NCBI GenBank assembly: GCA_054661495.1
Contig: BAAFSQ010000113.1
Span: 1-29,688 of the forward strand
Reading direction: 5' to 3'
Origin: Zygophlyctis sp. KS116
Lineage: Eukaryota > Fungi > Chytridiomycota
DNA length: 29,688 nucleotides
Positions 12,061-21,872 of this stretch are shown here, one piece after another. A model generated the notes under the pieces. The model was not told the origin of the DNA and did not search any database. It saw only the letters and a program-made list of their open reading frames with translations. Positions within the stretch are counted from its first letter, which is position 1. Every line of letters begins with the position of its first letter. A program made the position numbers and the translations under genes.

Positions 12061-12713
12061 ATGTCCAAAGAGAAAGATGTTTCTGCCACATTCAAGCTAC
12101 TACTCATTGGAGATTCTGGCACAGGGAAATCATCGCTTTTGCTGAGGTTTACCGATGACACTTGGCTGCATCCCGATGATGTTTCCGCAACCATTGGCGT
12201 TGATTTCAAGGTTAAAGTCTTGGACGTAGACGATAAAAAATACAAACTCACAATTTGGGACACTGCAGGCCAGGAAAGATTTAGAACGCTCACTTCTTCA
12301 TACTATCGTGGTGCTCAAGGAGTTGTCTTGGTGTATGATGTTGCTAATAGAGAATCTTTTGAACATTTACAAGCATGGTTTGGAGAATTGGAAACATATG
12401 CAAGCTCAAATAATGTAATCAAGATTATTGTTGGAAATAAATGTGACAAGGAAGTTAATCGAGTGGTTTCTAGAAAGGAAGGAGAGGAAATGGCAAAGAG
12501 ATTAAAAACATTATTCATTGAAACATCTGCAAAAACAACAACAGGAGTTCAGGATGCTTTTGTAGAAGTCGTTCGAAAAGTGAGAATTCTTACGATTAAA
12601 TATAGATTATAGAAACTCCTGAATTATGGAGACGAACTTCAATTTCTGCTAGACCAGGTGCATTGCATATAGCCGAGCCCTCTGATGATGGATCAAGTTT
12701 ATGCAATTGTTGA
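12061..12713 (+). CDS. RAB18: Rab18-family GTPase; 208 aa
   Basis: GDSGTGKS, ATIGVDFKVK, WDTAGQERFRTLTSSYYRGAQG, GNKCD, ETSAK. Intron 12580-12605 gives a C-terminal CNC prenylation motif. Confidence 0.92.
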
Positions 12714-12731
12714 GAAAGTATTATTGTCTGG

Positions 12732-13334
12732 ATGAATTACTTTGCACCTACACCCATTTTAAGAATGAAACAAGATTTGATTTTAAGATTTGAAAAATTA
12801 AACTTTGTCCCATACACAAGACATCATGTTAAAAATTATCATGAATGGATGACTGATCCAAAACTCTTGGAGGCAACTGCTTCCGAACCCTTGACTCTTG
12901 AAGAGGAATATGAAAATCAAATCTCTTGGGCCAATGACAAGGATAAGTATACATTTATACTTGAAGTAGATTCCGACTCTGTGACTGGTATCAAAGGTAT
13001 TATGATTGGAGATGTAAATTTATTCTTGCATGGAGAATCAGCTGAAATAGAAATCATGATTGCAGACAAGGTGTATCAAGGTCTAGGCTACGGTTTCATG
13101 GGTGTGCAGGGCATGATATTTTATGGGATGAAGCACTTAAAGATTGAACATTTCACATGTAAAATAAGTTTTTCAAATATTGCCAGTCTGAAACTATTTG
13201 AAAAAATTGGGTTTGTGGAAAAATCACGTTCAGATTATTTCCAAGAAGTGGAACTACACTTTAATGCTACAGATTCAAAAAGCACATCATTTTATTCTCT
13301 CCCTATTCAAGAGGAAATTTTTAGAGAGAATTAG
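12732..13334 (+). CDS. NAT9: GNAT N-acetyltransferase, NAT9-like
   Basis: VPYTRHHVKNYHEWM, TASEPLTLEEEY, MIGDVNLFL, AEIEIMIA. True start may be ATG 12765. Confidence 0.9.
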   Translation: MNYFAPTPILRMKQDLILRFEKLNFVPYTRHHVKNYHEWMTDPKLLEATASEPLTLEEEYENQISWANDKDKYTFILEVDSDSVTGIKGIMIGDVNLFLHGESAEIEIMIADKVYQGLGYGFMGVQGMIFYGMKHLKIEHFTCKISFSNIASLKLFEKIGFVEKSRSDYFQEVELHFNATDSKSTSFYSLPIQEEIFREN

Positions 13335-16218
13335 CAAACTCGGTATTTTCCAATCCTCGACATCTTACAGAAAATGATTTGACTAAATCTCGATGTTTTC
13401 GAATTTGGCGTGTCCCAAGTATCCCATTTATAAACACCTTCTTTTCTAGTTGGGTAACATTCATTAGATAATTCGGATCAGAAAGCAATGTTTCTAACCA
13501 AAGGCGGGCTTCATTAGGATACTTTATGGTTAATTTTAGCAAAACTTCTGATATTTTTGGGAGAATACTTGGTACCATTTTCCCTTCTATTCCATTAATT
13601 AAAGTCAAGCATATTCCTGGGCCAATAGATGAAAATAAATCTGCAGACCATGATGGAGACCCTTGAAACTGAATAACTGCAATTAAAAAGTCCATAACTG
13701 AAAGAAGTGTGAATCTATCAGAAGTGACTAAAGTTTTTGGAAGGAATATTTTAAATACATTTTCCATACAATAAATGTTCATTTTTAAAAAATCATTATC
13801 ACTCTGCATTATTATCTGTTATTGTTAACTTTTATGACGATAATTACATCAGATAGGCTTTTCCAAAGAAGGGATATTGTGTCTGGAGATTCGTCCAAAG
13901 CAGGAATTAGATTTAACGCTGTAAATTCAATTAGTTTTTCAAGCAATGACACATCTCCAATTTTTTGTAATGCAATGACTGAAAGCTCTGAGCAAACTTC
14001 ATAATACTGAAAATGAGATTGTAAGTCGCAACAGTTTAGTGCAGCAGTAAACAATGAGGAAATGTTTTCATAAACTGCAGGCAACTCAAGCCTACACAAT
14101 TCCACAATAGATTTTGACAATTCCGAACTATCAATTGCATCATTTGAAGCCAAACAAAACAGCTTTTGCATTTCTATACAAAGAGACTGATAGGCTTGAA
14201 GAAGAGAAATGTCCCAATGCGTAGAATCCTGAATTGTAAATAACTTATCTGATCGAGACTTTATGAATGCAGATATGCAAGACAAATGAGGGCCTATCGC
14301 ATTGTTCGAATCATTTCGTAAATTTTGAAGAAGACTTTTCAATAGTAAACACTCTTGTACTTGGCGTTGAGCTTCAGGAAGCTGATCAATTAGAATCATC
14401 ATTGAGCCGACCAACCGATATCTCTCAACTGGCTAAAATATTATGTCAATAAAAATACCTCAACCACTGCGCTAGCGCTTATCATACAATCGAAAACCCA
14501 GCTAAACATTGGCTCTAGAAGTCTGGCTTTGCATGAAAAACAAACTGTTTCTAGACATCGCAATGCGTCCTTTGTGAGTGAAGGATTTTTTATGCTTGAT
14601 ATTATAAATTTAAGAGAATCATTAAGGTATCTATGGTCGGCTTCATTCAAAGCGAGAGAAAAATCTGATAGGAAACTTAAGCATGTGATGCTCAGGTGTT
14701 GAATTTGAACTATTTCCAAGAGAGGAAATATTGATTCAAATACATGTATTAATAGGGCGTAATCCTTCGATGATAAAAAATCAGAGAGACTTTTAATACC
14801 AAATATTGAAGATTCCAATAATTCTAAGTTGTCAATAGCTGATGATTTCACGCATTGGATTAATATCTCTAATGTTTTCTCTTTGATAACTTCGAAGCAG
14901 TAACCGTAAGTATCCGCAATATCGTTCCTAAAATGCTGAAATCGATCTCTTGCATCTAGTGACCAGCTGTTCCAGTCAACAGGAAAAAAGGATTTTTTAA
15001 TTAAAACCGATACCAACCTCGTATATATTTCAACGATGCAAGGATTTAAGCTTTTTCCGATCAATTCTAGTTCGATGATTGTCTCTTCAAATAGGAACCA
15101 AAAATATAATGTGCTTTGAGAAACTTCCTCATCAACAGGAAAAGCACCATCTAATCCTGAAATATTCAGCATCATTAAGAGAAACTTATCAGTTAGATTT
15201 TCTCCGACAGAAAGAACCAGTGAATCTGTAAAAGCTTCTCCAAATTCGACAAATAATTGGGAAATTAAAAGCAAGCGCTCTGGATCCTGAGCAAAAGCTT
15301 GATTGAATTTGAATCCAATAAGCCCATCAGTTAATAAAAATAAAAACTTTGGAAAATAAGTTGCCTTTTGCTGTCTTATGGTGTTTTTCGATAGTATTGG
15401 TAGTATGATTTCAATTATTGATTCAAGCAGTTGATCTTCCTTTAGCAGATTCAGAACTGCATCCAAGAGTTGAGTTTGTACACTACTTTAAGTTATTAAA
15501 ACATACTTCATTGGTAATCCAAAATTAATCCAACTTTTTGCAGTCTCTATACATTTATGTCTGATTGCTAAAGCTGGATTCGACAGCAGTGATAGCAAAA
15601 CCGACACAACCTGAATTTGATGATCAATAAATATCTGTTCAAGTTTGCACCTTTTTTCTTTTGTAAGTCGGACACTTTCAACACTTTCCACTAGAGTCTT
15701 GAGAAATTCTAAAAACGCAATAGTAGAATCCAGGCCCATATTCTGATTACTTGCAGTCAAAGACTCAAGTGCCTGCGAGACATCTGAAAGAAAGAGAGGC
15801 CAATGATCTGGTAAGACTCTTATAATAAATGCAACTAAACATTGTGTCATTTTCGCAACTACAAATGATTGACTTCCAATTAGTCCAATATATGCCTGTA
15901 GTAAAAGATCCTTGAAATTATTAATATTTTCTTCTGAATGATCAAACGATTCCCATTGCTGTGAATTAATCTTTGTATATAAGGTCAGCGCACCAAAGAA
16001 TTGACAGTTTGGGGATCTCTTTACATGATATAATGCTCAGCTACCTTGAATAGTTCAAAACTCCAATGCCAAGCCTCCGGATCAGATTGAAATTGTATCA
16101 ACTGTGCTTCGGCATTTTTCCTGATAATGGGATCACAACTAGAATATAAAATGGAAACCAGCTTATGTATTTAAATTCAAATGTCAATTACATTCTCCAA
16201 CTCTTCAAGTTGAACCAT
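13321..16218 (-). CDS. Importin-beta family karyopherin, importin-13/transportin-3-like; about 919 aa
   Basis: IBN_N-like start (AEAQLIQFQ...AW...QFFGALTLYTKI), FPVDEEVSQSTLYFW, FRNDIADT. Introns 16191-16162, 16044-16019, 15506-15483, 14458-14433, 13847-13816. Confidence 0.85.
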
Positions 16219-16245
16219 AACTTCAAACTTGACCTAGGACTCCAA

Positions 16246-17478
16246 TTAATTGCCACCAAACGCTCGATCTAGTCCCAGGAATAGAGTTTTCAAAGGAAAA
16301 GTAAAAACTATTCTAAACCAGCCTATTTGGTCTGAATGAAACGCAGAGCCTGGTGAAAATAAGACTCCGCGATCGATTAATCTCAGCCATAACTCTCGTT
16401 CTCTTTCAGCAACTGGTAAATTTTGATCCATTAAATGAGAAAGATTAATCCATACAAAGAAGCCTCCAGATGCCGGTAAATACTCTATATTTTTTGATTC
16501 TAAATACTCAATTGTACATAGATATTGAGTCTTTAGTCTAGATTGATTTTCCTTTATATAATAGTCTAACCAATCATAATCAGAGAATAAAAGAGTTGCT
16601 ACCTTGTCCGTAAATGACGAAATATTAGAAAAGAGAGCCATTTTCTTAATTGCCTCTAAAACAATTGGAGATTTTGTAATACAAACTCCTAATCGAAGAC
16701 CATTTAGACAAAAATCTTTAGAAAAAGACCAAACAATATGCGTATTAATTGGATCAGGAAGTTCCATTTCTAGTCCAGAGACAAACTTTTGATTATCCTA
16801 AATTTAATCTAATCAAAAATACATTAAAAATAGAGAGAGCATAAATTTCATCTAAAATCACTGGTATACCCAAATCTTTTGCCCATTCTAACCACTTTAA
16901 AATCTCATTTTTCTCATAAATTGTTCCAGTTGGATTTTGTGGATTTGTTAATACCAATAATTTTATATCTAACAAGATTATAAATAAAATATATTACCCG
17001 AATCACTTGTATCCTTTAATTTAGAAATTATTGCCCCAGTATACAATGTCAAATCAAAATCAAACCCACCATAATAAGGAATTGGGACGCCTACTTTATC
17101 TCCTGGATTTAAAAGAACCTGTGCAAGATTACATACAACTGAACCACAACCAGATGCACAAACTATATTGTCTGCATTTATTGATGTTTTAGCCTTGAAA
17201 TACTTGTTAAAAAACCTCGCCAACTTTTCCCTGAGCTTTGCAGATCCATAAAAATTCCCATAATACAACATATCCTGTGATAGAAAATCCTCTCCTTTAA
17301 TAATTCCATTCAACTTTTTTAGTAATTCCTCTTGCATTAATTTATTCTCTGCTGTTCCTAAATTTAGTATTCCCAGAGGTCTTTCTATTGGATCATACTG
17401 ATTCTTTAAAACTCTATCTAGTCCTTCCATGAGCGGCGAAGAAAGTTTGATTGCATGAATTCCAATTTCTGAAATCAT
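16246..17478 (-). CDS. PLP-dependent aminotransferase class I/II, ACC-synthase-like; 392 aa
   Basis: GILNLGTAEN, YYGGFDFDL, LTNPQNPTG, DEIY, WSFSKDFCLNGLRLG (PLP lysine), GWFRIVF. Introns 16997-16969 and 16822-16798. Confidence 0.92.
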
Positions 17479-17513
17479 TCCATCCTACTCCTTTGAAATT
17501 CTGGAGTTACCCA

Positions 17514-17557
17514 ACAATGGTAAATCCAGTTGTCTTGGCGATTGTATTTACCATTGT
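17514..17557 (+). repeat. Inverted repeat / long hairpin in the largest internal intergenic region
   Basis: ACAATGGTAAAT (17514-17525) pairs perfectly with ATTTACCATTGT (17546-17557); the inner stem continues with G-U pairs. Confidence 0.75.
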
Positions 17558-17778
17558 ATTGCATTCTAATTAGAGTTTAAGACTTTTCAGACTCATAATG
17601 CACAGTCTGGAAACTCTTTGCATACAAAACTCTTTTCAGAGTTGCATACTAAACTCAGTCACGCTCAGTGTATTTATATCTCAATTTTTATTAAAAAGTT
17701 TCAAGACTAGTATAAAAAGAATGGATCGTGGACAAGAATAGATTAGGAGATTAAAAAAAGTCTAATTTTAGACTTGTG

Positions 17779-17786
17779 TGACGTCA
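17779..17786. promoter_or_regulatory. CRE/ATF-type palindrome TGACGTCA
   Basis: Perfect bZIP CRE octamer about 50 nt upstream of the likely GT2 start codon. Confidence 0.4.
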
Positions 17787-17837
17787 GTGGCGTATTTTTA
17801 GCGGCAACACGAGAATTTGCTTGGCAGGAGGCAGAAA

Positions 17838-19867
17838 ATGATTCAAAAGTTGCTTCCAACAGCTATTGACAGGGCCAGAGAGTCAAAAGTACCTTTGGCT
17901 GCCATCTTGCAAAGAGTGCCGGGGATTTTTGTCTTATTCATTATTCCCTGGAGCTTACTAGGACCTATAATGTCTCCGTTGGCATTTGGGATTTACTTTA
18001 TGGTTTTGCATTTGATGCTATTGTCTTCAAATATAAGATCGGCTTATGGTGTATACACTGCATATTACTCTGCAATTAAAACTTCAACTACAGACTATCT
18101 GTCAAAGTATCTATTGAAAACTGGAACTGCAAATGGCTCTGATGAGTCTCATGATTTGCCTTTTGATACAATCAGTCATATAATAATTCTTCCAAACTAT
18201 AAAGAAAATTTAGAAACTCTATGTGAGAGTCTAGATGTTCTTTGTAGTCATTCTAGAGCACTGACCCAATATAGAATATGTTTAGCAATGGAAGAGGCAG
18301 AGGAAAATGCTCTTGCTAAAGCTCAAAATTTGGTAAAGATGTACTCAAACTTGTTTTTTGAAATTACATTTACAATTCATCCTTTAGGAAGAAAAGGAGA
18401 AATTAGAGGAAAATCTTCAAATGTGTCTTGGGCTGCTTCTCAAATGGCTTTAAGAAATATAAATGGGCCTATGGGTGGTCATAGTCATGAAATAATTACA
18501 GTTCAAGATGCGGATACTTGTTTTGCTGAAGATTACTTTTCTTGTATTTCTTATTATTATAGCACTGCATCTCCAGAACAACGCAAAATTATGATGTTTA
18601 CTCCTTGTACTGTTTTTGACAGGTAGGTTTAAGGGATTTTTTTACCTATTTTAGAAATGCTGGTCAAGTTCCTGTGTTTGTTAGAGCTACTGATATAATG
18701 TGGTCTATTGGAGTAATGTCTAATCTTTATCCTTCTTCGCCCGTGAGAATTCCTTGTTCTGCTTATTCGGTCTCTATGGATTTGGCTCTTTCTGTAAATT
18801 TCTGGGATACTGGACCAGAGGCAATAGGTGAAGATTTACACATGTATCTTAAATGTCTTTTTGCGACAAAAGGCAAGGTGATTGTTAAACCTGTGTTCTC
18901 TCCAGCATCCCAGTGTAATGTAGAAGGATCTGGGTATGGTTTATCAGGGTGGATAAGTGGTCTACAAGCTAGATATACTCAGTCTTATCGACATTTATGG
19001 GGATCCTTGGATACGAGCTATGCTTTTAGCCAAAGTTTGCAGGCTTGGTTTTCTCCAGAATCAGAGACAACCGTTAAATTAAAGAATTGTGAAGTAGACA
19101 AAATTGGTAAAAATGATTTTAATGGTAATCTATCATCGAGTCTACTTTTCTCATTATTTTATCGCTTGTTGGAAGCACATGTTGTAATGGGCCACCTCTT
19201 TTTTATGCTTTTTGCTGTTTCATACATTGTACCTTTCCGATCATATAGTCCACTATCTTTTCTTTACGGCTCCTTAAGTTTGTCAGAAATGAATTGGTTT
19301 ATGGATTTTTCTGTTTATTTTGCTTCATCGATTAGATTGTTGGCCATTGTTCCTAATGTGATAATGATTTATTATTATGAAAAGTACCACCAGTGGGTGG
19401 CCGTAGATAGATGGAGATTACAATGTGCAAAAGTCAATAATATGGTTGGTAGGAGAATAGATTCTGCAGTTGAAATATCAGAATACTCTGACAGAAATGA
19501 TGATCTTTTAATTCCTCAGGCAGTTCAGCATCTTGGCAGAAGATCTCAATTGGTATACAAAAGGAGTAAGTACGATGTCATAGATTTTGCTGCACTTTTA
19601 ATTTCGGGATTTTACTTTTTTGTAATCCCTCAATTCCACGCTCAAATTTGTCACTTATGGACCAACTCACTCGAATACAAGGTAGCTTCAAAACCATCAC
19701 TCTCCAAAATTAAGCCTCTGACAGATCCTGAACCTATTTATGAAAATCCTACTTTTGAATTCTCAATCAAGGTGGATTCTTTTGAAACACATTCTTTTGC
19801 ATCAAATCGATCTTCAAGGGGAGATGAGGGGTTTTTTGAAGATCTTGAATCTTCTTCGGATTTATAG
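17838..19867 (+). CDS. Multi-pass membrane glycosyltransferase family 2; about 665 aa
   Basis: IILPNYKE, GKSSN, QDADT (DxD), IGEDLHM and QSYRHLWG (QxxRW-like), with N- and C-terminal TM helices. Intron 18623-18654. Confidence 0.85.
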
Positions 19868-19913
19868 AAATTGTCTGAATATTATATTTTTAAAAAAAAG
19901 ATTGAATTTTGCC

Positions 19914-20843
19914 ATGAAATTTTTTCTATTGTTGCTTAGTGGGTGCATTGGATTTCCAATCCGAAAATTATTTCTCTATCCAGGACTTTCTAGACCAGAT
20001 TCCTCACTCTATGCATCGAATCAGCTGAATGTTGTGGCTGATTTTATAAAGAGCTTCCCACAAGATCCAAAAGTTAAAGATTTTTTTATGAATCAGTTGA
20101 ATGCCCTGCTCTTGGATCATGATCCTTCAATAGAAAATAATGCAGCATTAAAAGTTGCTTTGGAACTAGGAGATAAGAATATTATTGATCTGCTCTTGAC
20201 AAATCAAAAAGTTCATGATATGATTCTGCAAAATAGAAAACTTATATTGGAACATGAACTTAAGTTATCTCCACTTGAATCATTTTATAATGCATGCTCA
20301 ACTGGAGATACAGACTATATTTTGTCTTTTTTATTACTTGATGATTTACAGATTGACTCAAATAAGATTGCATTAGGATTTGAAGTTGCTGCCAAGGCAG
20401 GAAAATTGGATGTTATCAAGTTACTTTTCAAAGATCCTAGACTGGATTTGAATGATTGGAGTGGAGATTCTGATTCTAATCCATTATTGATAGCCGCTAC
20501 AGAGGGGAATGCTGAAGTGGTATCCTTCTTGTTAAATTGGTTTGATCCATCAGCTTCAGAAAATTTGGCACTATTTATGGCTTCTTTTAGTAATCGTCCA
20601 GAGGTAGTTGATATTTTGTTGAAGGATCCGAGAGTAGATCCTACAGCTGTAGAGAATCAAGCATTTCTTATAGCATGCTATGCAGGAAATACTGAAGTTG
20701 TGGAACGGTTGTTGAAAGATGGACGTATTGTACCTTCTATTATGGGCTTGAAAGATGCATTGGAAAGTAATCATTTTGAGATAGTTCAACTTATATGCAA
20801 TCATTTGGGACTTGATCCAAATGATCCTGATTCTTGGAATTAA
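19914..20843 (+). CDS. Ankyrin-repeat protein with predicted signal peptide
   Basis: MKFFLLLLSGCIG start and repeated ankyrin units (e.g. DPRVDPTAVENQAFLIACYAGNTEVVERLL); intronless. Confidence 0.85.
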   Translation: MKFFLLLLSGCIGFPIRKLFLYPGLSRPDSSLYASNQLNVVADFIKSFPQDPKVKDFFMNQLNALLLDHDPSIENNAALKVALELGDKNIIDLLLTNQKVHDMILQNRKLILEHELKLSPLESFYNACSTGDTDYILSFLLLDDLQIDSNKIALGFEVAAKAGKLDVIKLLFKDPRLDLNDWSGDSDSNPLLIAATEGNAEVVSFLLNWFDPSASENLALFMASFSNRPEVVDILLKDPRVDPTAVENQAFLIACYAGNTEVVERLLKDGRIVPSIMGLKDALESNHFEIVQLICNHLGLDPNDPDSWN

Positions 20844-20865
20844 AAATACTTTTTTCGGAATTTCT

Positions 20866-21872
20866 ATGCGTGATCGTGCTTGTTTGGTAACTCTTCACTC
20901 TGGACATGTCCGGTCTCTGTCCGAAAAAGTTTTGAATTTAAAAGAATATAAATTTAAGGAAGGAAAGAGGCGTCGAAAGACTCTTCCTCCATCAGATTCT
21001 ATGAATCAAGTATATGTTGAGTGCGACACTGGTCCGTTCTTTGGAGCAACCATTTCTTATGATCCGCCGCAGAATTCAAATGACTATCCAATTAATGTTG
21101 CTGTTGAAGTTTCTGTAGATGGAAGGGCAATTGATGTCTGGGCATTGAAGGCAGGAGACAACGTTCTTTTAGAGGATGGCTGTTCTCAAAAGGTACTAGA
21201 AAGGTATTCTTTGAATTGTTCATTATCTCAAGGCTGTCCTTTTCTGTAAAAGAAAAGGAAAATGCTGATTCTAATGGAGAAATTTCATATTTTGGGACGA
21301 TTGACTTTAAATTTTGGAGAGGTACTACCACATTTCAAGGATTAAATGTAGTGATGAAATCTCATACAGATCATGATACGGATTTTTTCCCGGATGAAGG
21401 TCTACCAGCTCTAGCTATTTTTACATTCCACTATAGGGACAAGTCTTGCATGCGATCTGAAGGACTCTTGAAAGAAGATCTAAAGCAAAAGCGATCTTTT
21501 AAGACAATTCAGAATAATAAATCCCCAAAAATCTATCGAAAAGATTTTGATCAGGAGTTTCAGTCAACAGATACCTTAGTTACTTTCAAATCTGCAGAGA
21601 ATTTGGGACCTATAAACCGACGCAGAGTGCCTGTTCTTGTATATGATACACAAGGTGTACTCTTACGAAAATTGGCTATTAACTTTGATAAGAATGCTGA
21701 TTTTTCAATAGTTCATCGGTCTTTTCAGATCATCACCAGATTTTTAGAAAACCAGTGCCGATGGAAAGATAACCCGCAAATCGAAGCTATAAATCATGAT
21801 GGTTTAAATATTCAGTGTTTGAAAACTTTGGAATTTGATACCATTAAAGAGTTTCGTATAATTAATTCATAA
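20866..21872 (+). CDS. Uncharacterised beta-rich protein with basic NLS-like patch; about 325 aa
   Basis: Intron 21204-21232 joins two ORFs in frame; GKRRRK patch; VEVSVDG and GTIDFKFWRG motifs. Confidence 0.6.

Noticed and set aside
17721-17837. Upstream ATG 17721 or TTG 17817 as the GT2 start
   Set aside because: 17721 closes after six codons and no convincing splice links it in frame. ATG 17838 has the AAAATG context seen at other starts.
19740-19913. Upstream extension of the ankyrin ORF overlapping the GT2 gene
   Set aside because: ATG 19914 starts a signal-peptide-like sequence after the GT2 stop; the extension looks like incidental open frame.
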